A stretch of 64,000 bases of DNA from Dictyostelium discoideum. Lineage: Eukaryota. Below the pieces are notes generated by a model. The model was not told where the DNA came from, searched no databases, and saw only the letters and a program-made list of their open reading frames with translations. Each line of letters starts with the position of its first letter. Position 1 is the first letter of the stretch. The translations under genes were made by a program, and so were the position numbers. Below are positions 26,566-42,100 of the stretch, piece by piece. The stretch is taken from assembly GCA_000004695.1 (NCBI GenBank), contig CM000152.2, forward strand, positions 4,352,001 to 4,416,000, given 5' to 3'.

Positions 26566-26870
26566 AATAATAATAATAAAAATAATATTTATAAAAAATA
26601 ACAACAATAACAATAATAATAAAATAATAATAATAATAATAATCAACATTAAAAAAAAAATTGTAATACCACATTTTTATTTTAATCAATCAAAAAAATA
26701 TTTGTTTTTTTTTGAATCCACTGACCAACAATAATAAAAAAAAAAAAAAAAAAAAAAGAAAAAATTTTTAAAAAAGAAATAAAAAAAATAAAAAACAAAT
26801 AAAAATAATAAAAAAAATTAATATATAATTAATAATATTATAAAAGAAAATTATGTGCATTTGATTTTTC

Positions 26871-26907
<37 letters not shown>

Positions 26908-27228
26908 TAGTAAAAGATAATTTGTCCAGCTGGCTTTTTTTGAATTTTCGATAATTACTGTCTTTTGACCAAGGCTTCCAAAAATATATTTTCTCATTTT
27001 TTTGAGATATCCATATAATTTTTTTAATATAAAATGATGGAGAAAAAAAAATTAAAATATTGACTGAATAAAATAAATAAAATAAATAAATATATAAAAT
27101 AAAATAAAATAGAATAAATATATATAAAATAAACATAAAATAAAAATTAAAATAAAATAAAATAAAATAATAAAATAAAATAAATTAATAAATAAAATAA
27201 ATTAATAAATAAAATAAAATAAATAAAA

Positions 27229-27569
27229 ATGGGATTTTCAGAATTAAAAACTAAAACTACATTTAAATTTGACTTTTTTGATAATTTCTTTGATAAAGAA
27301 AAAAGAGAATTTTTAAGAGAATGGACAAAGAAAATTCAAGAGGCATTTAAAATTTTCATTCAAAAATTAAAACTAACTTCTAAATGGGTAGATGAAAATA
27401 TTGTGAAACCAATTTTACTAAAACTTACAGAGTTATGGCAATGTTCATATGCAATGATTCAAACATCAACAGTTTCCAGACATGAATATTTTGAATTACA
27501 ACAAGAATTCAATAAAGAGGCTGAAAACTTATTAAAAAGATTTGAAGAAAAATTAGAAGAAAAGCAAAG

Positions 27570-27615
<46 letters not shown>

Positions 27616-27825
27616 AAACAAAAACATAACAAACAACAAAAACAACAACCACAACCTCAACAACAACAACCACAACAACAAGAACAACAAGAACTACAAG
27701 AAATGCAACCACAATATTCAAATCATTACAAAGATGAATCCAGACCGGAAGATTATTATCAACAAGATCAAGAACAATATTATAAACAAGAACCTCAACA
27801 ACAATCAAATAAAAAACTTGACTAA
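27229..27825 (+). CDS. Hypothetical coiled-coil/polyQ protein, single exon, 198 aa
   Basis: The ATG ORF encodes MGFSELKTKTTFKFDFFDNFFDKEKREFLREWTKKIQEAFKIF...EKLEEKQR(Q)n.... A (CAA)n run encodes about 20 Q. No family was recognised. An (AAATAAAAT)n-like tandem repeat at 27060-27225 precedes it. Confidence 0.5.
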
Positions 27826-28249
27826 AAAAATTATTTTAAAAAAAAAAAAAGAATAAAATTCCTAAAATGTTTAAATTTAAATTTTAACTTCAAGAATTAT
27901 TTTTTTAAAAAAATGAAAATAAAATCTAAGGTTGGCCAGATCTAAAAATTTCATAACTATTTATGAAAAGTAATTTTATGCTAACCTGGTGGCCTGTTTT
28001 TTTTTTATTTTATTTTTTATTTTCTGTATTGCCCCTTATTAAAAAGTTAAGGACTACATTTTTTAAAAAACTTTTTGGAGAGCTGGATTTTTTTTTATTT
28101 TTTTTTTTAAGTGTTGATTTTATAATTTTATTTGAAAAATAATCAAAAAAAAAATCTTTTTTTTTAATTTTTAACAAACCAAATAGATTTCTTTTTTTTT
28201 TTCCTTTTTTTTTTTTTTTCCTTTTTTTTTTTTTTTCTATTCTCTTTTA

Positions 28250-28301
<52 letters not shown>

Positions 28302-28439
28302 TTTTCATTGATATTCAATATATAAAATATTCATTGAGTAAAAATAATTTGTTATTTGTTAATAATGTTTCAAAACAAAATATCTTTGGTAAATAATATT
28401 TTTTATCTGAAATATAATATATAAAATATTTTAATTATC

Positions 28440-30990
28440 TCTAAAAAAAAAAAAAAAAAAAAAAAAAATGTTTATAGGTCGTGATGGATCAAAAGGACAT
28501 GATGAAATGGTATTAATGGTAAAAAAGGTGTCGATGGTAAATATACAATACAAATATTTGATTATGAGGGTGTTAAATTTAATAGTTCACCATATGATTT
28601 AATGGTGGAAGAGATTGGATAAATTGATAGAATAGGTTATAACGTAATTGAACCAGATTCAGATGTAACTTTAATGGTAAAGCATAAAAATGTGGGAGGA
28701 ATGCCAACACCATCATACCAAAATATTATGACATACGTCGATGATAATAAATGGGTATTCTGTGATCCAGTTAATAGAGTTGCATTTGATAAGTCAATTT
28801 TACAGGGTGCAGCTTCAAGAAATAAAAGAAATGAATTTAAAATCACAGATTTTAAACAAAATCCAAAATCATTACCAAGAGATCCATTTATGGTTAACGC
28901 AACAATGGACCATCAATGTTTAGTTGACCGTATCAATCAAAGCTTCAAGACAATTTCAGATAAGAAATCAAATTTTATTATTGAGTATCCAATTCAAACT
29001 TCATTAATTAAAGGTTTAAATAGTATTATATTAGGTGATGAATCACCATTTGTATTTAGAATGGGTTATATTCACATGTCGAAATGATTGGACCATCGGA
29101 ATTAAAATTCTTTTCAGGTACAATTTCATTTATAAACCCAAATATAAAACCATATACAAGAATTTTATTAGAATCAACCATATATTTAGGCCATGTTAAT
29201 AATATGATGTCTCCATTACCAATTCAATCAAGACCATTTGAAATTCAATTATCAGAGTGTTATTTACCAAAATCTATATTTCAATGTGATCTATTACTGG
29301 TTGTAAATAATCAAAGTGATTATAATGAAATTAAAAGTTGGAGAAAATTAGCAAAAAGTTTAAAGTTAAAACTAAATATTTGGAATACTAGTCTTTATAG
29401 AGCTTTTAATTTATCTCATGTTAAAATGGATGGAAAATCATTATTGGAAGATTTTCGTGGTAAAACTATATTTTTTTATATAATAGTTTTTAAAAGATGA
29501 ACTATTAACTCCACACGCTAATTTGATTAGACCTGATGAATTTTTTAATGCAGCCTACAATCATGGAATAAAGGTTTTAATCATTGGTAAAAGTTATTCA
29601 ATTGAAAGGGAAATTTCACCAATAAATACATTAGAGAAATCAACTACAGAGGCTTAATATCTAGATGATGATCATTTCTTTAAAACAATGAAATATCAAA
29701 TTCCAAATGGTTTAGGCACTGGTATTTCATTACCACCAATATTTGCAAACACTTTAAATGGTGATTTGGCAATTAATGCAATTGTAAATGGAAAAGAAAA
29801 TAATTGGATTGTAATTTTCAATGGGTATTATTTATTATCAATTTATAAAGAATCAATTTCATTATATCCACGTAAATCAATGGATTTAAATACAAACTTT
29901 GTACTTAGGAAAATTGATGAAAAAATCGATAGTGTTTCATTCCAATTATCAATTCCTCATTTAAACTTTGTTATTAACTTTTCAAAGTTGTTGGTAAAAA
30001 ACCAATTAAAATTTTAAATTTAAAGAGATTTTCATTGACAAGAGGTAATCAATTTGGTAATGAAAAATCAAGTCATGAACAGTGTTTTCAATTAGTTACA
30101 CCAGAAGTAACATGGTTTTTTAAATCTCAAGATCATTTTGAATGGGTTAGTAGATTATCACCTGAATATCAAACTTATTCTCAACCATCATCTTTGATTA
30201 AAGATCAAGTAATATTAGGTAAAGTTGATTCAAGAGGTGTTCATTTAAATGATGAATCTCCAATTATTGAAACTAGAACCATTCCAACCATCCAAGTAGT
30301 AGGTAGATATATTTTCACTAAACCAACCATTGATGACTTAGATAAGAAGTAGAAAAACAAGAAGAACGAGAAGTAGTAGATCAAGAAGATCAAGAAAAGC
30401 AAGAAGAAGAACAAGAAGAAGAAGAACGAGAAGTAGAAGAAAACCAAGTAGAAAAAGAAGAAGAAGAACAAGAAGAAGAAGAAACAATTCTTGAATCTCC
30501 AGAACCAATTGTTGATCATGAAAATCATTTGAATGGTTAGATCCTTTACCATTACCAATTCAATTGCAACAACAACAACAAGTTTATCAACCTCAAAGAA
30601 TTCAATTCAATTAAAGGAAACAAAAGATTTCGAAGATTCTTTACAATCAGAAAAACAAGAAGATTAATCATCATTATACCAATTTCGATTACAATTAGAT
30701 TCACCAAAAAGTTTAAAACAATTACTTGAAGACGAACCTGAAAACCAAAAAGAGGATAGTTTTTCAGAGGGTATCAATCAACAGCAATCAAATGACCATT
30801 TTCGATTAGATCAACAATTAATTAAAAATGAACAAAAAGAAAACCAAGATACCTTCTATGATCAACACTCCAATTAAATCAACAACCAACTCTAGAAGAA
30901 TTAAACCAATTGGATGAATCATTAAAACAAGAAGAAACAATCCAATTTGAGAAATCAATGGAACAATCCAAATAAAAGAAAATAAATAAA
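28440..30990 (+). pseudogene. Decayed protein-coding gene: about 2.5 kb of coding-like sequence broken by frameshifts and stops
   Basis: Composition is coding-like and not intron-like AT-rich. The longest stop-free segments are short and sit in different frames on the same strand (28674..29087, 29084..29500, 29688..30017, 30035..30352, plus acidic E/K/Q-rich segments at 30360-30540 and 30700-30990). No GT..AG introns with AT-rich interiors separate them. A short Gly-X-Y-like run (GRDGSKGHD|NGINGKKGVDGKYTIQIFDYEG) is split by a 1-nt frameshift near 28520. Confidence 0.55.
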
Positions 30991-31384
30991 ACTAAAATTA
31001 ATCCTAAAAACCATTTATTTAATAATCCATTTCCTTATTTTTTATTTTTTTATTTTTTATTTATACATTAAACACTCCAAAATTAATGGTACAAGTAAAT
31101 AGAATAGTAAGACAAAAAAAAAAAAATAAAGAAATAAAAAAAGTATTTTTTTTTTTTTTTTTTTAATAAAGTAATAATATATTGTTTGTTAATAGTAAAA
31201 AAAGTATATTATTATTAATTTATGTTTTTTTTTTTTTTTTTAGTTTTAGTGTAGTTGAAAAAGGTTATTTGTTGCAATTTGGTTTGGTTTGTTGTGTTTG
31301 TTTGTTTTAATATATAAAAAAGTTACTTGTTTGATTTTTTGTTTGTTTGATTTTTTTTTTTTTTTTTTTTTCTTTAAAATTTTA

Positions 31385-32595
<1,211 letters not shown>

Positions 32596-33821
32596 TTATT
32601 GTATTAAACAATAAAAGAATAAAATAAAATATAAAAAAAAAAAAAAAAAAAAAGTTAGTAAATATTTTCACTAAAACTGGTGAAAATAAAAAAATATCAG
32701 CGTAATTTAAATGTTATTGGTGAAAGAGGTGATTAAATATGTATTATATTGTTTTTATTATTGTTATTATTTATTTTTTTATTTTTATTTTTTATATTTT
32801 TATTTTTTTATTTTTATTTTTTATATTTTTATTTTTTCGATTTATATATATATTTTTGATTTTAATTTGTTTATTGATTTATTCGTTTTATTATTTTATT
32901 ATCACACTAATATTGTTTTTATAAAACTATTGTTTACCTGTATAGTGGATTTGTGTTGTTGTGAAAAATAAATAAAAATTATATTAAAAAAAAAAAAAAA
33001 ATTCAATTTTTTTTTTTTTTTTTTTTTTTTTGAATTTTTTTTTTTATTTTTTTTATTTTTTTTTTTTGAAATGAAATTTTTTAAAACCTGGGTTCTGGTG
33101 TAATTTATAACTTTGGGAGAAAAAAAGAAAAAAAAATAAAAAAAATAAAAACAAAAGAAAAAAAACAAAAAAATGCAAAATAAGCAAAAAAAACAATAAA
33201 AAAAAAAAAATAAAAAAATTAAACAAATAAAATATCAAATTCTAAAAAAAATAAATGTCTACTTTTTTTTTTTTTTTTTTTTTTGTGTGGGTTTTTTTTT
33301 TTGGTTTTTTTTATTTTTTTTTTTTTTTATAAATTAATTATTAGAATAGAATTCAATTCTGTGCAAAAATAGTTTTAATAAATAAATAAATAAATAAATA
33401 AAATTTTCTAATATTTATAAAAAATATAGTTTTTTTTTTTAATATGATTTTGATAAAATAAAATAAATTTTTATTTTTTTTTATTTTTTTATATTTTATT
33501 TTTTTCTTTTTTTTTCATCGATTTCTTTTCTAACATTAATTAAAATGTCAACGTGTTAACACACGAGATGTGTGGTGATATTAAAAAATTTTTTTTTTGA
33601 TTTTTTTTTTTTTTTTTTTCTTTTGTTTTTATTTTGATTTATTTTTTTTTTTTTTAAAAATCTTTTTTTTTTAAAAATTAATTCCAAATTTCCAAAACAG
33701 GACCAAATATTTTTATTTTGCCTGGATAAGTAAATAAAACAAATGAATTGTTGAGGAAAAATCTCAATTTTAATTTTTTTATTTTTTTTTTTTATTTTTT
33801 AATGTTTTATTTTTATTTTTT

Positions 33822-35295
33822 TTAAAGTGTGGGGTTTGAAGAGATTTTAAAAACTTTAAAATCAAAATTATCAGGAGCTTTCTTTGCAACATCACCCATA
33901 ATTGATTTCTTTTTTTCATTTGATTTATCACTTGCCAATTCATATAAAGAACAAATATTAAATATTAAAGTTTCATCAATTGATTTTTCATATTTTTGTT
34001 TTTGAGGAGTAGTAGTTTGAGTTGTTGGTGATGGATCAATTGGTGAAGTTTTCTCTTGAAGCACACCTTCCAATTCAGTGATAGCACCACCAAGATCGCA
34101 AGTGTATAACATTGAAATACATTTATTATTTATAGCAGCTATATTATTTGGTTCGATTTGAATTACATCTTCAAAATATTTAATAGCTGATGGATATTGA
34201 TCACTTGCAATTGAGTAAAATCCATGATTCATTAATGATAAAATTTTTAATGAATTATTTAAATTATTATTATTATTATTATCATTAATTGTATTTTTTA
34301 TAATGATATCAACAAATTTGAATATTTTTTCAGCACCTTTTAAATTACCCATTTGAAGATGAATTCTACCTAAAGCTGATAAAATGTAAATATCAGCTTC
34401 AAACTTTTGAATTAAATCCTCTAATATTTTAATTGCCAATAGGAAATCTCTATTCTTTTGAATTATAAAAGTCACAATTGAAAATATGATACGACGTTCT
34501 CTTTCCCTCCAAAGTGATAATAACTCTAACAATGATTGTAATGTATTACCACCTTGTTCAAAAATCTCTTCAACACTAATTGTACTTGAAATTGGTAACA
34601 TTGGTGTTGATGTATTATTATTATTATTATTATTACTACTATTACTATTATTACTTTCTTCAATTCTTGGTGATATTAATGATGCTGTAGTATTCTCTAA
34701 TTGTGATAAATAAATATTATGATTCTTTGATAATTCTTCTGATACGATTGTACTTGTTGATTTTTTAATTATATTATTATTATTATTATTATTATTACTA
34801 TTATTTTTACTAATAGTTTCATTTAAATTTTGAATTTCTCTATTTTATTATTTGAAATACAAAAAAAAAAAAAAGAATTAATATTAATTATAGTACAGTT
34901 TAAATATTATAATATATTTACTTTTTACAAATTGATAATAAAGCATATAAAGAATCTAATTGAAACTTTTCAGTATTTAAATGACAAGCTAATTCAGCTT
35001 TAATGATTCTCATTGAGAAAGGTACCATTGAACCTTTTTTACCAGGGAATAATTGAGGATAGGATTCATAACAATTCACAAGGTCTCTAATATCACCAAT
35101 ACCTTTAATTTCACTATCGGCTGCTGAATATGATCTCATTTTTACATGTGCAATAATTCTACATAATTTATATTGTAATATACTTTGAGGATTATTGGTA
35201 TTTGCTATACATAATTCTGCAACTTTAAATACATTATTCCAATTACCAATTTTCTTTTTGGGGATAAAATTAAATATTAATATAAATATATGAAA

Positions 35296-35363
<68 letters not shown>

Positions 35364-35835
35364 GTATTTTACATACAATTAATCTTTTTAAAGTTGTTTC
35401 ATCACCAACTAAACTTGAAGAATTTGAATATTGTGGATTTGGAAAGTAAGATATTGGTTGATGTTGTGGTAATGGTTGAATAGATGTACTACCAAATGAA
35501 TCAAAATTTGATACGGAGTTAGACATTTGCGATGCTTGTTTAAATCCACCATTTTGTGGTGTTGTTGGTGTTGTTGCTGTAACAAATTGATGTTGTTGTT
35601 GTTGTTGTTGTTGATTTGTTGGTTGTTGTTGTTGTTGTTGTTGTTGTTGTTGATTTTGTGATAAATTTGTAAATGAGTGTGATCTAGATAATGATTCATG
35701 TAATGGTGATTGTGATTGCTGTGATTGTGATTGTGATTGTTGTGATGGTTGTACAAAATTATTATTTACAATAGGTGAAGTACCAAAATTATTTGAGCCC
35801 CTATTCAATGTATTATGATTTGGTGGAGTGCTCAT
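33822..35835 (-). CDS. TPR-repeat protein with an N/Q-rich N-terminus (possibly a TRAPPC12/TTC15-like trafficking factor), three exons, about 602 aa
   Basis: complement(join(33822..34839, 34922..35253, 35377..35835)). Exon 1 reads MSTPPNHNTLNRG...polyQ...DETTLKRLI, with a GTATGT donor. The 123-nt intron 35254..35376 is an (AAT)n tract whose length is a multiple of 3 with no stop, which is why the track shows a read-through poly-L. Exon 2 reads KIGNWNNVFKVAELCIANTNNPQSILQYKL....LSICKK. A GTAAAT donor overlaps the apparent stop. Exon 3 carries TPR-like helices (..ALGRIHLQMGNLKGAEKIF.., ..DQYPSAIKYFEDVIQIEPNNIAAINNKCISMLY..). Family assignment is tentative. Confidence 0.65.
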
Positions 35836-35915
35836 TTTGTTTATATTTTATTTGTTTATATTTTATTTATTTATTTTATCTGTTTGCCAGTCTCAGCAAA
35901 AATTAATTAAATTTG

Positions 35916-35946
<31 letters not shown>

Positions 35947-36159
35947 TCAAAAAAAAATCTTTTTTTTAATAATTTTTTTTTTTTTTATTTTTTCAATTTT
36001 CAAAAAAAGGTTACCTTCTGTATTTTTTTTTATATTTTTTTTTTTTTTCCAGTATTTGGTATTTAATTACTTTTTTTTTATAAATCAAGTTTATAAATTT
36101 TTTTTAAAAAAAAAAAAAAAAAAAAAATTAAGAAAAAAAAAAACAAAAAAAAAATAATA

Positions 36160-39100
36160 ATGAATTTATCAACGTCAACAACAAATACACCAATAGTAAC
36201 AAATACAACAGGAACACCAACAACATCATCAACCGCAACATCAACAATAGAACATAAATCAGAATTAGAATCACTTGAAAATTATTTCACAGCATTACAA
36301 AAAGCAGTAAATGAAGGTATAAAATTAAATTATAATATCATTAGTAAATTTGATATAGTTTGTAATATTACACCATTATTTGAAGTTTTAAATAAACAAG
36401 AGGTTGACTCTATCACATTGAAATGGTTAAATCTATTAACAAGTTGTCTTGGTCAAGGTACTGGTGGTCCAGCTTTCTCATTAGTCATTGGTAATTTAAT
36501 TTCAAAATTATTTGATCGTTCACCAAATGGTAGTAAATCCTCAACTTCAATAGTTAAAAATTTAATAACTCAATTACAAACAAAACAAATACAATCAAAT
36601 TTAAAAATGTAATATTTAAAATATTTATTCAATATATATATATTTATTTATTTTAAGGTACTAATACTAAACTCACATTTACATGCATGCACAGATCAAT
36701 TATTGATGTTTTATCAATTATATTTAAAAATAGTAAAACATTAGCAATTGTTTATATTCAAGAGATATTAACGATATTATCAAAGATGGTTAAAGTTTCA
36801 AGTGAAACATCAGGATTTAAAGCATCATGTATGAGATGTATTGGATGTTGTTTAGATAGTGTTGGATATACTAGAGGTGCAATTCATGTGGATACATTTA
36901 AATTGATAAAAACCATCTATCCAATACCAGTTGGGAATAGTGGTGGTAGTGGTGGTGGTAGTGGTGGTGGTAATAGTGGTATTGGTCAAATGTCATCATT
37001 ACTTGCAACTAATAACGGTGTATTAGCAGCTGCCCAAGATTTTAAAATTGAATGTTTAAATTGTATTTTACCAATTGCAAAATATTATAATCAAAGTGAT
37101 TCAAAATTATCAGGTTTTGATGAAAAGATTCTAACTTTTCTTCAAAAGATATTAGATGAGGATTCTTATCGTCAAAGATATAAATTATCGGAAACTTTAG
37201 CATTGGTTTTATCAACATTTTATTCAAAAGAGCAACAACAGCAACAACAACAACAACAATCATCATCGTCACAACAAAATCAATCACAAAATCAATCACA
37301 AAACCAATCATCATTATCAGCATCAGGTAAAGATCAATCATCGGTATTATCATCATCATTACAGGGTATTCAAACAAATCAATCAAATGGTGCACTAGGT
37401 AGTGGTGGTGGGTCAATTAAGAAATGGTCAATTGAACAATGTTTAAATTATTTAAATAATTTATTAGTAACAACATTGGTAAATAAAAAAGATATTAGAA
37501 CCAATATTACAATGGGATATAGTATGTTTTTAAGGGAATTATCATTATCAGATATTGAACCATTAATTGATACTATTATTTCAACCATTTTAAAGATAAT
37601 TTCAACACCATTTAATAAATTCATTGGCAATTTATCATCAAATTCAACAGTTTCACCAACACCACAACAAATTAGTGAACAAATTCAATTTAAATCTTGT
37701 GTATCATATATAATTAGAACTGGTTTAGGTGAAAAATTAAGTGAAAATGGTCAGCAAAGAATGTTACGTTATTTATTAACTTTGGTAACTTCATCAACTA
37801 CAATACAATCAACAAGTACTCAGCCAACAGGTACTCAAACAACAGCCACTACAACATCATCATCATTATCAACAAGTACAAATTCAACTACAGCAATAAC
37901 ATCAGATTCAACATTAAATGAATTAATATTATATGTATCATTAAAAGAAAGTTGTTTATTAATTAATGAATTGGGTGAAGGTGGGTTGGGTGGTATAGTT
38001 GAAGATTATTCAGCACAATTGATACAATTATTCAGTGATCGTAATCAAAGTACAAGAGTATGGGCAGCAATTTGTTTAAGATCATTGGCAACTCATTTAC
38101 CAAAATATATTTCACAATTTTTAACAGAATGTTTAACAAATTTAAATAATTTAATTGGTGAGATTGATAAATTATCAATTCAACCCGATTCATTGAAAAG
38201 AATTATGAATTCATTAAAGGGTAATTCACAAGGTTGCGCAGCATTAATTTCAACTGTAAAGACTACGGAATTGGGTGTACCAGCGACATTGTTAAATCAA
38301 ATTACAAAGATTTCCTCATCGTTGTTGTCGAATCCAGATTTCCTCAATCCAGCTATTACATTGGCAAGATTGGAAGCAGGTTGGACCATTATGAATTCCT
38401 TGATCAAGTATATGGGTACAACATTTGTTGAATCGATATTGGTTAGTTTGTTTGGATTTTGGAAGAGTTGTTTCAATATTAGCACAGTTCATCCTACAGC
38501 AGAGAGGGATATAGTGATTTTTGCACGTACTAGAGCCGATGCATTAATACCCTTACATAGTTTAATAGTTTATAATAGTAAGTTATTGAATTCAAAAGTG
38601 ATTGGCACAATAGTTAATTTCTTGGGTAATACATTGAAGACCGTTAGTGAATTGCCAGCCATTAGTACATCATTTCAAAGTTCAACCAATGAATTAACTC
38701 AATTGTTAGAGTATTATTTAATTCGTACATTCTTGGCATTGCCAGCTCAATCATTTGCAACCCATCATACCACATTGATGACTATTGTTACATCGTTAAT
38801 ATTGGATGGTGTTCAAAATACAATGTTTCCATCATTGTTACATCGTGATGACGAGGATGTATTATTACCAGATTTGAAATCAAGTTATTATCAATTCGAA
38901 TTGAATTATCAAATACCATTCACAAGTCAAGATAGTTCAATGACATCATACACTGAAATCAATGATTGTTTCTCTCACAAGTTGACACAATTCTTAGAGA
39001 TACGTGTTGTAAATAGTGCCATCGAGTTATTCTCTTATCTATTCGTTAACCAACCAGATAGACATAGAACTCAATTGATTGATCATCTTTCAAATTGTAT

Positions 39101-42100
39101 TAAAGATACGAGTACATCGACCCTTCAAAAGAGTATTATGATAGTGAATTCATTGACAGCGATTCTATTCATATTAAAGAGTATGTCACATAATAATCAA
39201 CGTTTTGGAAAGAGTGATATTACATCGACTGTACAAAGATTCGTTCAAAAGTATTTTGGTGATGTCAATGCATTACTTCGTAGAATTTCTTCCGAGTCTT
39301 TAGGTCTACTATGTAGAATCGAGGGTGATAATGTAACGTCAGCAATCATTTCCTCGTTGACTGAAATCATTAGAAAACCAGCTAAAGAAGTACCAGTTTC
39401 AGTTAGAGCCGGTTCTGCATTTGTTTTTGGTTGTATTCAAAGATCAGTTGGTGGTATGATGTCTCAAAAATATTTACCAACTACAATTGCAAATTTACAT
39501 GTATTGGCACAAGATCAAATCTCACCAGACGTTAGTCATTATGCTTTACATTCATTGTTTGTCACAATTCAAACTAGTGGCTTTGATTTCACTTCATTCG
39601 CAGCGCCAACTCTAATGTTAATTCAATCATTATTAATCACCGAATCACCTCCATATTATCTATTGGGTAGAATTGTAAATTCAATCGTAGTTGCATTAGG
39701 TCCAGAATTTGAATCACTCAAAGATATCATGAGTCGTTGTAATAATACATGTTCAATCATTGAAAAGAGTACTGACCCATTGATTAAAGCAGAATCCATT
39801 TACTTCTATCAAAAATTAATCATGTTTGCTCCAAATTCAATAAATACCACCAAATTAATACCAAATTTAATTTCACAATTGAAAAGTCCCTCTCTATTAC
39901 TTCGTGTTGCCTCTGTAACTTGTTTACGTCAATTAATTCAAAAACGTTCAAATTTCCAATTAGATATTCAACCATTGTGTGAAACATTATTTATGATGAT
40001 TGATACTGAACGTGATTATCAATTACAAAAAGAATTAAAATTATTATTATTCACTTTAATTGATACCATTGGTCCTTCAAATCCTTCAACTTGGTTAAAA
40101 ATTTGTATGGCTATAATTTTATCTTCAAAACAAGATGATAATTTATTAGATTCTTCAACTTCACCGATTAATTTAAAACAAATTAATAATAATCCAAATA
40201 ATTCAAATAATACAGATAAACAACAACAACAAGAAGAAGATGATGAAGATTTAGATCAAAAAGTTGTTGTTGAAACATCAGAAAAAAAAATTGGATATGT
40301 TCATCGTTGGTTTACAAAAATATCAGCATTAGAATGTGTTAGAAGAGTTATATCAGTTGTTAGGGATGAACCAAAACATTTCAATATGGTAATTGCATCG
40401 AAATTACCAAATAAAAATGATTATTTAGTTTATCATTTACATAATTTAATTTCAATTTCTTACAAGGCAGCAACATCACAAATCGATTCAATGAGACCAG
40501 TTGGTATTTTATTGTTAAAGGATATTTTAGAAGGATTTTCAAAAGCTATCGATCCAGATTATGAAGGTCATTTATTGTTGGAATTATATCAAGCTCAAAT
40601 TATGTCTGCGCTTAGACCTGCTTTTGATCCTGGTGCATTACCAACTCAACTTTCAAATGCTTGTTCAGTGTTTGTTAGTTTCATTGACTCTGCGGTCTAC
40701 TATGATAGTGTTGCCATTAAAAAGGCTACAACCATTCTATCGAAACAAGTTAAAGATTTAAGAACTTTAAATTTCCCAATCTATAATGAAAAGACTACAA
40801 CATTGGTACAGGTTTCCATACTTAAAGCGTTTGCACAATTGTATTTATTATGTCTAAAAGATCAATCATTATACTCAATTCTATCATCAGTAATTAATCC
40901 ATTGTTAATTTATTTACGTGTACATTGGATAACTTTCCTAAAGGAATATTCAATGTTGGTTTCACAATCACCTCAAATCTTTCCATTATATAAACCAATT
41001 CTATTCTCACCATTAACTTATCAAGATAGTATTGAATATTTTAAAGATGCTTATCCATCAGTTATAAAAGCATTGAGTTATTTATTACATACTCCTTATT
41101 GGTTAATTGGTAGAGAAGATAGTAGTAGTGGTAGTGGTAGTAATATTAATAATAGTAGTGGTGGTAGCAGTGTTACAAATAGTTTACAATCATCAAGTAA
41201 ATTAATTTCAAATTTAACACCAGAAGAAAAAGAATTTTTAAATGAAACTAAACCATTTGATGATTTTTATTTAATTTGGGGTTTAGCTTTAATGCCAATG
41301 GAAAGATATTTGGAAGAATCAATCAATGTTAATTTCAATGTAAATTTGATTTCATCATCATCATTAGAGATTCTATCAATTTTATTCCAATACAATAGTG
41401 GTGAAAATGCTACAGCAAGTAATGTAGTTCGTTCAACAGTTGATGTAATCCCTTTTGATATGATTAAAATGGATAAATTCAAAGAGTTTTGTTCAATTTT
41501 ATTACGTATAAATACTTTTGAAAATGATCAAATTCAACTATTAATAATTGAAATTATTACAAATTTAATTTTAAATTTTGGTACTGATATTGAAAAATAT
41601 CAATCAAAACAACAATTATCAAATTCTTCTTCTTCTATTAAAAGTAGTAATGATAGTATAAATAGTAATGGTGGTAATAATAATAATATATTTGAATTAA
41701 TGATTCAAATTTTATTGAAACCATTAAATATAATCGATTTTTCTTCTTCAAGTGGTAGTAGTAGTAGTAAAAACTTTAATGAATCACAAGTTCAATATTA
41801 TAGTAAATTATATCAATTCTATTTAATTTTAATTAAATATTTCGGTCAAAATGTTGAACAATTTGAAAAGTATTGCCCATTATTCATTTGTACAATCATT
41901 AAAGGTTTATCTTGCTCAAATCAACCAAATTTAATCACTTCTTCAATTCAATTATTAAATCATATCATTAAATCTAGAAATCAATTCCCTGACTCAAACT
42001 TTTCAAATCAATTAAATTTAATTTTAAATACTTTATTTTCAAATTTAATTGATATTTTAAATAATGATTTGTAAGTTTAAAAACCTTTTTTTTAAAAAAA

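Noticed and set aside
37042-37630. Antisense ORFs inside the HEATR5 gene (also 38297-38485, 41267-41482, 40561-40761)
   Set aside because: They are opposite-strand or off-frame to a 1795-codon uninterrupted ORF with clear helical-repeat content. These are typical shadow ORFs.
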